51,149 nt of DNA. It comes from Chitinophaga pinensis (lineage in GTDB: Bacteria; Bacteroidota; Bacteroidia; NS11-12g; UBA9320). This document shows positions 40,211 through 48,756 of this stretch, piece after piece. The position numbers and the translations under genes are program-made. Position 1 is the stretch's first letter; every line of letters starts with the position of its first letter. Where the stretch lies: NCBI GenBank assembly GCA_945878925.1, contig CAMDXE010000003.1:1-51149 (forward strand), read 5' to 3'. The notes beneath the pieces were generated by a model that saw only the letters and a program-made list of their open reading frames with translations, searched no databases and was not told the origin of the DNA.

Positions 40211-40627
40211 TTAATAGTGTTTTTTACCGTCAACTATAGGTTCTAAACCTTTTTTTGTTCGGTAATCATTTATGGCTGCTTTTATAGCATCTTCGGCCAA
40301 AACCGAGCAATGGATTTTTACGGGAGGCAAAGCTAATTCTTCAACAATATCCATATTGTCGATAGTCAAAGCATCGTTAATGGTTTTTCCTTTAAGCCAT
40401 TCGGTGGCTAAAGAGGAGGATGCAATGGCAGAGCCGCAGCCAAAAGTTTTAAATTTGGCATCTTCTATAACCCCTGTTTCGTCGTTTACTTGAATTTGTA
40501 AACGCATTACATCGCCGCATTCTGGCGCACCAACCAACCCTGTTCCTACATTACTCGAACTTTTATCTAAGGTTCCAATGTTTCTTGGATTTTGATAATG
40601 ATCAATAACTTTATCTGAATATGCCAT
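40211..40627 (-). CDS. iscU: Fe-S scaffold IscU
   Basis: GAPECGDVM, KTFGCGSAIAS and LPPVKIHCS. Confidence 0.96.
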   Translation of the reverse strand: MAYSDKVIDHYQNPRNIGTLDKSSSNVGTGLVGAPECGDVMRLQIQVNDETGVIEDAKFKTFGCGSAIASSSLATEWLKGKTINDALTIDNMDIVEELALPPVKIHCSVLAEDAIKAAINDYRTKKGLEPIVDGKKHY

Positions 40628-40666
40628 GATATACTATTATTTTAATTTGTTACTTTATTTTAATCC

Positions 40667-40824
40667 TCTTGTCCTCCAACTGATATACATTTTTCAAATT
40701 TTCAAATTGCCAAATTTTCAAATTTAATTTTAGTGTTCTTGTCCTCTTAACTGATGCGAGGGTTTTTCCTATCTATTCTTCAAATTTTCAAATTGTCTCA
40801 TTTTCAAACTTAATTTTAGTGTTC
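40667..40824. repeat. Degenerate tandem duplication in the iscS-iscU spacer
   Basis: 46-nt cores at 40693-40738 and 40779-40824 (42/46 identical), each preceded by TCTTGTCCTC..AACTGAT. Confidence 0.85.
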
Positions 40825-42030
40825 GGCCCACTCAATACTTTTTAAGTCAATTCCTTCTTTAAACATTTCCCATAAAGGGCTCATATCTCTAAGTTTTACA
40901 ACGGCTGTCTTTACATGGTCGATAGCAAAATCAATTTGTTCTTCGGTGGTAAACCTACCGAGGCCAAAGCGCAAACTTGAATGAGCCAGTTCGTCATCTA
41001 AGCCAAGATTTTTCAAAACATAGCTTGGTTCTAATGATGCCGAAGTACATGCCGATCCCGATGAAACCGCAATATCTTTTACTCCCATCATTAATCCCTC
41101 TCCTTCAACGTATTTAAAAGAAATATTGCTAACGTGTGGCAAGCGATATGCTGTACTGCCGTTAACATACGATTCCTCTAATTGGAGGAGTAGGGTTTCC
41201 AGTTTATCGCGCAATTTTGATAATCGCACCGATTCTTCTGCCATTTCATGCATAGCCAATTCGCAGGCCTTTCCAAATCCTACAATACCCGTTACATTTA
41301 AGGTGCCGCTACGCATGCCGCGCTCGTGCCCACCGCCATCTAACTGTGAAGTTACTTTTACCCTTGGGTTTTTGCGACGTACATAAAGGGCTCCAATTCC
41401 TTTTGGGCCGTACATTTTATGAGCCGAAAACGAGGCGAGGTCGATATGATCTGTCAAAACATTCACAGGAATTTTTCCAATACTTTGGGTAGCATCGGTA
41501 TGCATCAAAATGCCGTGTTTATGGGCCATTTCGCCAATTTCGCGTATAGGGTTGATGCAGCCAATTTCGTTGTTGGCATACATAACCGAAATTAATATAG
41601 TATTTGGTTTGATGGCCGCTTCCACTTGTTCAACCGAAACTCTTCCATCGGGTTGTGGTTCGAGGTAGGTAACTTCGGCCCCTTGTTTTTCGAGGTGGCG
41701 ACAGGTGTCGATGATAGCTTTATGTTCAATATTAACCGTAATGATATGATTGCCTTTTTCGCGATACATTTCAAAAACTCCCTTAAGAGCTAGGTTATTT
41801 GACTCGGTGGCGCCGCTTGTAAAAATAATTTCTTTTTCGGTAGCGCTTATCAATTTTGCAATTTGTTCACGCGCATAATCAACCGCCTCTTCGGCTTTCC
41901 ATCCAAAAGGATGATTGCGGCTTGCTGCATTTCCAAAATATTCGGTAAAATAGGGTAGCATGGTTTCCAAAACTCTTGGATCCATGGGCGTGGTGGCGTT
42001 GTTATCTAGGTATATGGGCAGTTGCAACAT
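40816..42030 (-). CDS. iscS: Cysteine desulfurase IscS
   Basis: [19 protein letters not shown] and SSGSACTS; tail SIEWAEH. Confidence 0.96.
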   Translation of the reverse strand: MLQLPIYLDNNATTPMDPRVLETMLPYFTEYFGNAASRNHPFGWKAEEAVDYAREQIAKLISATEKEIIFTSGATESNNLALKGVFEMYREKGNHIITVNIEHKAIIDTCRHLEKQGAEVTYLEPQPDGRVSVEQVEAAIKPNTILISVMYANNEIGCINPIREIGEMAHKHGILMHTDATQSIGKIPVNVLTDHIDLASFSAHKMYGPKGIGALYVRRKNPRVKVTSQLDGGGHERGMRSGTLNVTGIVGFGKACELAMHEMAEESVRLSKLRDKLETLLLQLEESYVNGSTAYRLPHVSNISFKYVEGEGLMMGVKDIAVSSGSACTSASLEPSYVLKNLGLDDELAHSSLRFGLGRFTTEEQIDFAIDHVKTAVVKLRDMSPLWEMFKEGIDLKSIEWAEH

Positions 42031-42040
42031 CTAATCTTTA

Positions 42041-42067
42041 TTTAGACTAATTCTAAGCGCAAATATA
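42041..42067 (-). promoter_or_regulatory. iscS -7 element (TATATTTG, 42060-42067) with a downstream Fur/Irr-like inverted repeat (42041-42057)
   Basis: TTTAGAC-TAA-TTCTAAG lies between the promoter and the start codon. Confidence 0.55.
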
Positions 42068-42235
42068 GCACTATAATTTTCAAATTTATTCGTATAAATT
42101 TTTTACAGAAATACAATGACTTTCGTCATACATTTGGAGATAAAAACTGAAAGGTTTCTGGATTAAAAATAATTAATTGCAACATTTTTTTTAATCTGTT
42201 TAATAACACACTCTAAATTTTAGTATTGTTGTACC

Positions 42236-42637
42236 ATGAACAAAATAGAACATATTGGAATTGCCGTAAAAGATTTGGACGCCGCAATTTCCCTGTATTC
42301 TGCTCTATTAAATACCAAACCGTATAAACATGAAGATGTAGAAAGTGAGGGTGTTCGCACCTCATTTTTCAGAATGGGTGAGGCAAAAATCGAATTGCTT
42401 TCGGCATCGCATACCGAAAGCCCCATAGCCAAATTTATAGAAAAACGCGGCGAAGGAATTCATCACATTGCCTTTGAAGTATCTGATATAGATGCCGAAA
42501 TTATCCGCTTGCAATCCGAGGGATTTGAATTGATTACTAAAACTGCAAAACCAGGAGCCGATAATAAATTGATTGCATTTTTGCATCCCAAAAGTACCGG
42601 TGGTGTATTGATTGAATTGTGTATGGAGGTGAGTTGA
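42236..42637 (+). CDS. mce: Methylmalonyl-CoA epimerase
   Basis: IEHIGIAV, IELL, GEGIHHIAF and FLHPKSTGGVLIELC. Confidence 0.95.
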   Translation: MNKIEHIGIAVKDLDAAISLYSALLNTKPYKHEDVESEGVRTSFFRMGEAKIELLSASHTESPIAKFIEKRGEGIHHIAFEVSDIDAEIIRLQSEGFELITKTAKPGADNKLIAFLHPKSTGGVLIELCMEVS

Positions 42638-42680
42638 GCTTACTACTTATTAAACTTTTCTAATTACAAAACGATATTAA

Positions 42681-42938
42681 TCAATAATGAAATTTACAAA
42701 ACAAAATTTCAATTAGATTTTCTTCAACCCTATAAATCAGTCGATGTTCATCGGTTATCCTTCTTGACCAGCATCCTGAATATTCATATTTTAATGCTTC
42801 CGGTTTTCCAGTTCCTACATAAGGTGTTTTGGCTGTTTCACTAATAAGTTTTTTTAGTTTATTAAAAACTTGTTTATTTTCAATTTGCCAGTCGTTGTAT
42901 TGTTCAAAGGCAATAGGCGTAAAAAGTATTTTACGCAT
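42681..42938 (-). CDS. yoeB: Txe/YoeB family toxin
   Basis: GTGKPEALK, WSRRITDEHRLIY and C-terminal HY. Confidence 0.93.
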   Translation of the reverse strand: MRKILFTPIAFEQYNDWQIENKQVFNKLKKLISETAKTPYVGTGKPEALKYEYSGCWSRRITDEHRLIYRVEENLIEILFCKFHY

Positions 42939-42944
42939 AAATTT

Positions 42945-43160
42945 TTATATTTTCACTTCAATTAATTCTCCATTCTTAGCCTGTTCTATAGATTTATCAA
43001 GCCTTGCTTTATTGACTGCACTCGACATCAAATATGTTGTTGCATCTAATTCTTCCTCTACTGTAATGGTAATAGGTTTCGATTTAAATGTGGCTTTAAT
43101 GGCATCTATTATGTCCGGTGTTATGTCCTGGGCCGATGATAAATGGTAAGTGGTATACAT
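42945..43160 (-). CDS. Cognate antitoxin (YefM-like C-terminal half, atypical N-terminus)
   Basis: Directly upstream of yoeB; TTYLMSSAVNKARLDKSIEQ resembles the YefM toxin-binding helix. Start ATG 43160 follows TATATTTG at 43180-43187. Confidence 0.8.
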   Translation of the reverse strand: MYTTYHLSSAQDITPDIIDAIKATFKSKPITITVEEELDATTYLMSSAVNKARLDKSIEQAKNGELIEVKI

Positions 43161-43392
43161 GGTTATATTTATTGAAATACAAATATACAACTATGAGTTT
43201 GGGTTTTTATTGGTAAAAATAAAAGGAGTTTATTGAAAAGGAAAAATAACAATGCGGTACGTGAGGGTTTTCTTTTAGGTGTAATGTGCTAAAACAACTT
43301 TAGAAATTAATTGCAGGATTTATTGGTTTTGAATAAAACACAAGCATCTTTGCATTGGAGCTTGCGCGAGTTAGGGATTTAATTTATTTATT

Positions 43393-43809
43393 ATGAAAAA
43401 AATCTTAATGTTTACAGTTATTTTAATGTTTTCCTTTTATTCCAAAGCTGTCTTTCATAGAATTATCACTACGGCAGATTTAGAAAGGGAAAAAGCGGGA
43501 TGGAGTTATGATCGTAATGTAGATCCCGCTGGTAATGTATGGGTACATTGTTGGCCTGATGATGAAAATTGTGGACTTTGTCCGATGACGGATCCTGGAC
43601 AAGGGGCTTACAATGATCCAACTGATGAAACGGCATGTGATTATCTTATGGGTTTGGCTGATGCCGACGCGCTAATGGGAAATTATACAGGAGCATATTA
43701 TCAAGCATATCAAGTTGAGGGAGAGGAAAATGTCAGACACTATTCGGTTATTATGACTTATAATAGCGGAACCGACGTGATTGATATGGCCTTTACAAGA
43801 ATTGATTAA
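43393..43809 (+). CDS. Small secreted acidic protein with 4 Cys
   Basis: Signal peptide MKKILMF...SKA; CWPDDENCGLC. Confidence 0.7.
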   Translation: MKKILMFTVILMFSFYSKAVFHRIITTADLEREKAGWSYDRNVDPAGNVWVHCWPDDENCGLCPMTDPGQGAYNDPTDETACDYLMGLADADALMGNYTGAYYQAYQVEGEENVRHYSVIMTYNSGTDVIDMAFTRID

Positions 43810-43822
43810 TGAATTAATTATC

Positions 43823-45016
43823 ATGAAATGGTTGGTATTTGTCATTTTTTTAATTTTTCAAAATGTTTGTAAATGCCAACGATTACTTTCGTTTCAGGAT
43901 AGGATATATCTTGAAAATTTTTATACTAATCACCCAGACTTTTATTCAAAAAATATTAGTATCTGCAATAATCTTAAAGATAAGATTTATGTAATAGGAA
44001 CTGATACTTTATTGGAGAACCTTCACATATTAATAAAAGATCTAAATTCAGGAATTGTTAAAAATCTTTATATGAAGTTACCCTATAAAGATAGTATTAG
44101 ATCATTCCAAATTACAAATACAAATTTTATTGATTCCTCACTAATTTTTATTGTTTTTGACAGAAAATACCTGATCTGTGTAGAAAATATTAATGATGAA
44201 CTAAAATTAATATCCTCTTCAGTAATAAGAACATTTCATTCTCGCCCCTTTAATTATTACTATTATTATGGCGATAATTTGTATGGGGTATACCCCATTA
44301 GTAATTTGAATAGTAACTACACTTGTTATTTTTTAAACGATTCTTTTGCAGTTTATAATCTTAATAAAAGCCATAATAAGCTTATTTATTATTCAGATTA
44401 TTTTGATAATCCATTCTGGCATTTAAGTTTTTCATCATATTCAATAGGCTATCAAAATTATCTTTTTTTGGCAAATGCTTTAAAAAATGAAATAATATCT
44501 ATTGAATTAACCGAGAAGAAAGTATCAACAATAAGAAATCCAATAAAAGACTTTGCTGATATTAATTTAGGATTTTATGATTCAATAAAAAGGACTCATC
44601 CGGGAGTTCAGTTTGATTTGTCATTAGCTCAAATTATGAGAAAAGATAAATTTTATAACTATATCTTAAAAATTATTCCAAGAAACAGGAATGAAATATG
44701 GCTAATTTGGAGAGGAGGGTTACCTTTTCCATATCAAATACAACTTGATATAATTAAATATGACTCTTTATCAAAAGAATGGGTTAATTCTGGACATAAA
44801 ATCAATTATCCGACATCAGAATCAATGAAATCAAGTCAAAATTACCCGATAAATCCATTTTTGAATTTAACCAGTATCTGTAATAACAAATTGTTTACTC
44901 TATCCTATGATAATATAGATTTTCTTCCAATTGGCAAAACTTTTGAGGAAGTTAAATCTGAAATGACTAAATATCCTAAATCACTTAAACTTTTAGAATT
45001 TAATATATCGGAATAA
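43823..45016 (+). CDS. Hypothetical secreted protein, very AT-rich
   Basis: Signal-like MKWLVFVIFLIF from ATG 43823; short beta-strand pattern; long open frame in AT-rich DNA. Confidence 0.7.
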   Translation: MKWLVFVIFLIFQNVCKCQRLLSFQDRIYLENFYTNHPDFYSKNISICNNLKDKIYVIGTDTLLENLHILIKDLNSGIVKNLYMKLPYKDSIRSFQITNTNFIDSSLIFIVFDRKYLICVENINDELKLISSSVIRTFHSRPFNYYYYYGDNLYGVYPISNLNSNYTCYFLNDSFAVYNLNKSHNKLIYYSDYFDNPFWHLSFSSYSIGYQNYLFLANALKNEIISIELTEKKVSTIRNPIKDFADINLGFYDSIKRTHPGVQFDLSLAQIMRKDKFYNYILKIIPRNRNEIWLIWRGGLPFPYQIQLDIIKYDSLSKEWVNSGHKINYPTSESMKSSQNYPINPFLNLTSICNNKLFTLSYDNIDFLPIGKTFEEVKSEMTKYPKSLKLLEFNISE

Positions 45017-45059
45017 TAAGTAGTTTCCGTTATCGGAGATGGTTGCCCTAAGTTAAAAC

Positions 45060-46742
45060 CTACTCCAACTCCAATCCCAATTCTTTACTAAACTCTATCA
45101 AAAACGGATTTTGTTCGGCCAGGTATGTAAATTTGTCTTTGTTGGTATAAACCTTTAATAGCTTTTGTTCGACTTTTTCGAGCTTGACTTCAAATTGGTA
45201 ATTTTTGCCCGATTTAAGGTTCAGAAAACGTAAAAAATCGGTTTTAAGTTCATCAAATTCGCTTTGATCGCGGCTATTGGTAAGGGTAATGATGAGTTTG
45301 CCATCCTGTTCGTCAATCCCTAATTCTTTTAACAAGGAATATGCAAACGATTTGCCTTCTGCTTTTTTAAGGTTTGCAAAATCGAGGGTAAGGTTGCTAA
45401 GGCTGATTAGAGATGGGGGCTCCGAAACTATTTGTAGAGGCTCCTCGCTGTTTTTTGCTTCGGTTTTGGCCTCCTGTTCTTCTTGTTTTTTGGCCGCAAA
45501 TGCCGAAGGATTATTTACCATATTGCCCAAACGACCCATACGCAAGGTATTGGGTGGCTTCGAGCCTGTATCGGACGATGGGATAGGAGCAAGGTCTTGT
45601 TTTGCTTCAATCGCAGGGTTTTTTTGTTCGGTTTTTAGCTCAGGGCTTTTTTTTTTAAGTTCTTCGGCCAAATGGATAACCGAATTAATATTGGCCATTT
45701 TAATTAAGGCCAATTCTACATGCAGGCGTTGGTTGCGGCTGGCTTTGTAGGTTTGATCAAATTGATCCGCAATATTTATGGCGTTGAGTAAAAATCCTGA
45801 AGACAAATTTGCAGCTTGCGATTGGTATTTAGCCAACATTTGTTTTGGGCCACTTATCAAATAGGCTGTGCTCGTATTTTTTACAACCAACAAATCTCTG
45901 AAATGTGAAGCCAAACCATTTAAAAAATATTGACCATCAAACCCATTGGTTAATACGTCATCAAATTTTATTAAAACGTTGCTATAGTTAGCCACATTTA
46001 GGTTTTCGCTTACCTCAAAATAATAATTATAGTCGAGTACATTAAGGTTTTCGATGACACCCTCATACGTAAGCTTTTTATCTTTGCTAAAACTTACCAT
46101 TTGGTCAAACATCGACAAGGCGTCGCGCAGGCCTCCGTCGGCTTTGAGTGCAATAATGTGGAGGGCGTTTTCGTCGGCCTCAATTCCTTCTTTTTGGCAA
46201 ATAGATTTAAGTTGAGTTACAATAGCCGAAGGCTCAATGCGTTTGAAATTAAAAATTTGACAGCGTGAAAGTATGGTGGGTAATATTTTGTGCCTTTCGG
46301 TGGTGGCTAAAATAAAAATGGCATAAGGCGGCGGTTCTTCTAAGGTTTTAAGAAATGCATTAAAAGCATTGCTGCTGAGCATGTGAACCTCATCAATTAT
46401 GTATACTTTGTACTGGCCTATTTGCGGAGGGATCCTCACCTGATCAACTAATTGACGAATATCGTCGACCGAGTTATTGGAAGCCGCATCCAATTCAAAA
46501 ATATTGAATGCAAAATCGTAATTTGGATCTATGCTTGGATTAGAATCGGTATTAATAACCCTGGCCAATATTCGGGCACAAGTTGTTTTGCCTACGCCTC
46601 GCGGACCGGTAAACAAAAAAGCCTGAGCCAATCGGTTTTGTTTTATTTCATTTAAGAGCGTTTCGGTAATGTGCTCTTGCCCAACAACCGTATCAAACGA
46701 GGATGGTCGGTATTTGCGTGCCGAAACTAAAAATTGCTCCAT
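45060..46742 (-). CDS. dnaX: DNA polymerase III subunit gamma/tau
   Basis: ARKYRP, GPRGVGKTT, DAAS, IIDEVHML, LKTLEEPP, SRC and GGLRDALS. Start ATG 46742 follows TAGGTTTG at 46755-46762. Confidence 0.96.
   Translation of the reverse strand: MEQFLVSARKYRPSSFDTVVGQEHITETLLNEIKQNRLAQAFLFTGPRGVGKTTCARILARVINTDSNPSIDPNYDFAFNIFELDAASNNSVDDIRQLVDQVRIPPQIGQYKVYIIDEVHMLSSNAFNAFLKTLEEPPPYAIFILATTERHKILPTILSRCQIFNFKRIEPSAIVTQLKSICQKEGIEADENALHIIALKADGGLRDALSMFDQMVSFSKDKKLTYEGVIENLNVLDYNYYFEVSENLNVANYSNVLIKFDDVLTNGFDGQYFLNGLASHFRDLLVVKNTSTAYLISGPKQMLAKYQSQAANLSSGFLLNAINIADQFDQTYKASRNQRLHVELALIKMANINSVIHLAEELKKKSPELKTEQKNPAIEAKQDLAPIPSSDTGSKPPNTLRMGRLGNMVNNPSAFAAKKQEEQEAKTEAKNSEEPLQIVSEPPSLISLSNLTLDFANLKKAEGKSFAYSLLKELGIDEQDGKLIITLTNSRDQSEFDELKTDFLRFLNLKSGKNYQFEVKLEKVEQKLLKVYTNKDKFTYLAEQNPFLIEFSKELGLELE
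45635..45656 (-). other. Putative programmed frameshift/transcriptional slippage site in dnaX
   Basis: A10 run (45647-45656) followed by GCCCTGAGCTAA: TGA in the -1 frame and TAA in the +1 frame. Confidence 0.7.
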
Positions 46743-46896
46743 TGGGGTATGTTGCAAACCTAATTTAATTTTGGAAGATTATGAATGGATGAAGCTTTAT
46801 AATACACACAATGTTACCAACACCTTTGAATATATAGAGTGAAAGGGCGCTTCTTGATTTTAACGGTATTCTTTTATACCAAAAGTCTTCAAAATT

Positions 46897-47643
46897 CTAA
46901 AGGGTATTATTGAGCAAATCCAATTGAATTAAGTTCTGATATGCTTTTGATTTTTTAAATTCGCTTATAATTTGGGCGTGTTTTATTTTATGAATATCCG
47001 AACCTATCATCGAAATCATATTGTGTTTTAATAAATAGTTTGCTGCTTTTTTGATTTGTGGCGAATAATAGCCCGTAAAAGACAATAAATTGCATTGGAA
47101 CAATATGCCTCGATCAAATAATGAATGAAAGGCATTATAATTATTAATCAAATAATTATAGCGCTCGGGATGCGCAAATACAACCGCATAGCCACTGGTT
47201 TGTAAATCAAAAAATACCTGCTCTAAAAAATGCGGACGTTCCATATAATTGGTCTCCACAAGAATGTGGTTTCCTTTAAATGTTAGAAGATCCATGGTTT
47301 GGAAATTTTGACAAAACCATTCATCAAGATAATATTCGGCAGCAGCTTCTAATTTAATGTTTATGTTGTTTTGAATAAGCGCACTTTGCAAGAGCTTTAA
47401 TTTCTCTAAAATTATTTCGGGTGTATTGGGATATAGCTCTTTGAATATGTGTGGAGTGGTAATAATATGATTAATGCCTTGATACTGAAGTTCTCGAATA
47501 ATGGTCAAAGAATCATCAAGGGTTTTGCATCCATCGTCGATGCCGGGCAATAAATGAGAATGAAAATCGACGCACTGGCTTCGATCGGGCTCCGCAGCCA
47601 TTTTTGGCTTTGGATTAAATAGATTTAAAAAACGAAGATTCAC
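46897..47643 (-). CDS. PHP-family tyrosine-protein phosphatase (CpsB/CapC/YwqE type)
   Basis: DFHSHLLPGIDDG, TTPH, AHPERY and GSDIH. Confidence 0.9.
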   Translation of the reverse strand: MNLRFLNLFNPKPKMAAEPDRSQCVDFHSHLLPGIDDGCKTLDDSLTIIRELQYQGINHIITTPHIFKELYPNTPEIILEKLKLLQSALIQNNINIKLEAAAEYYLDEWFCQNFQTMDLLTFKGNHILVETNYMERPHFLEQVFFDLQTSGYAVVFAHPERYNYLINNYNAFHSLFDRGILFQCNLLSFTGYYSPQIKKAANYLLKHNMISMIGSDIHKIKHAQIISEFKKSKAYQNLIQLDLLNNTL

Positions 47644-47705
47644 CCTTACGTATTCAATTAATTGGCAATATCTACTGGCCTAAACTTTTTGAGTCATGCA
47701 TGGAT

Positions 47706-48710
47706 TTAATCGTTGCTTTCATCCACTATTTCAAGTTCAGACAGGTAGTCTTTGAGCGCCATAATATTTTTTATTTTCATGGGATCATATCCATGTTCAT
47801 CGCCTAAATAAAGCGAAACCCAATCCAATCGATAAATGATATCGAATATGCTGAAGATTGTATATTCAGGCACATACATGTTTAAAACCTTGTTGTTGTC
47901 GAGTTCTAATTTGGAGGTTAAAAAATCGAAGCGAGCATGAACTCTTGGGTTTAAATCGCTGTATAAGAACAAAAAATTTGTGTGAAGCCTGCCATAATAC
48001 GATTCGATGGTATTGTGATTGGCTTCGGGCAAAACATGAACAAAGGCTTCTAATTTCGCATTTTCATTCAACTGTTGGCAAAATCGGATGGCAATGGGAG
48101 CAAAGAATTTATCGGCTACGATTACAAATTTATTTTTGATAGACGCTTTAAAAAACCGAAAAATACTTTGGGCCGAGTCTAATTGATAATCGTGTAAATC
48201 TTTAAATTTTTCAATCACCTCTTCCAGCTCTGGGCGGGTGTTCATTTGGGCTAGTTCACCCATTATCAAAAATAAAAATGATAAGCCATAGCCAATAGTC
48301 ATTCTCGGTTGATAGCCTTCTTCTAAACGGTATAGAATATCCTGATTTGTAATGGCAAGATTGTGTAAATTACCTCCACAAGAAATGCAAATAAGCTTAC
48401 ATCCTTTTGTTTTGGCTTCGCTAAAAAGATTTATTGTTTCTTCGGTGTTGCCAGAATAAGAGTTTAAAATTACCAATGTTTTTTCATTCGCATAAGCCGG
48501 AAGATTGTAGTCGGCTATGGTGTCGAGTGGGATGGGCATTTTGTCGAAAAACCAAGCTTTTGTGATTTTAGCACCAATGCCGCTGCCTCCTAAACCGCCT
48601 AAAATAATATTTGAATAGTCGGAAGCCTTAATATTATGATTGGTATAGGTTTCTAAAACAAATTTTATTTGCGAGGTAAAATCGGTTAAAGACGATTGAT
48701 GTGTAATCAT
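47706..48710 (-). CDS. Bifunctional phosphoglucose/phosphomannose isomerase (SIS domains)
   Basis: GLGGSGIG, SYSGNTEET, QPR, QLNENAK and PEANHN; likely start ATG 48710. Confidence 0.82.
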   Translation of the reverse strand: MITHQSSLTDFTSQIKFVLETYTNHNIKASDYSNIILGGLGGSGIGAKITKAWFFDKMPIPLDTIADYNLPAYANEKTLVILNSYSGNTEETINLFSEAKTKGCKLICISCGGNLHNLAITNQDILYRLEEGYQPRMTIGYGLSFLFLIMGELAQMNTRPELEEVIEKFKDLHDYQLDSAQSIFRFFKASIKNKFVIVADKFFAPIAIRFCQQLNENAKLEAFVHVLPEANHNTIESYYGRLHTNFLFLYSDLNPRVHARFDFLTSKLELDNNKVLNMYVPEYTIFSIFDIIYRLDWVSLYLGDEHGYDPMKIKNIMALKDYLSELEIVDESND

Positions 48711-48756
48711 TTGAATGTTTAAGAGTAATTTTGCACCGCGAAAATACAACTTATTT

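Noticed and set aside
40667-40824. Repeat considered as a mini CRISPR array
   Set aside because: Two degenerate low-complexity copies and no cas genes.
5624-42637. meaB and mce without methylmalonyl-CoA mutase
   Set aside because: These genes are commonly scattered in Bacteroidota; the mutase is probably elsewhere.
48711-48756. Apparent head-to-head overlap of the PGI/PMI and rluD ORFs
   Set aside because: It disappears with starts at 48710 and 48757, leaving a short divergent promoter.
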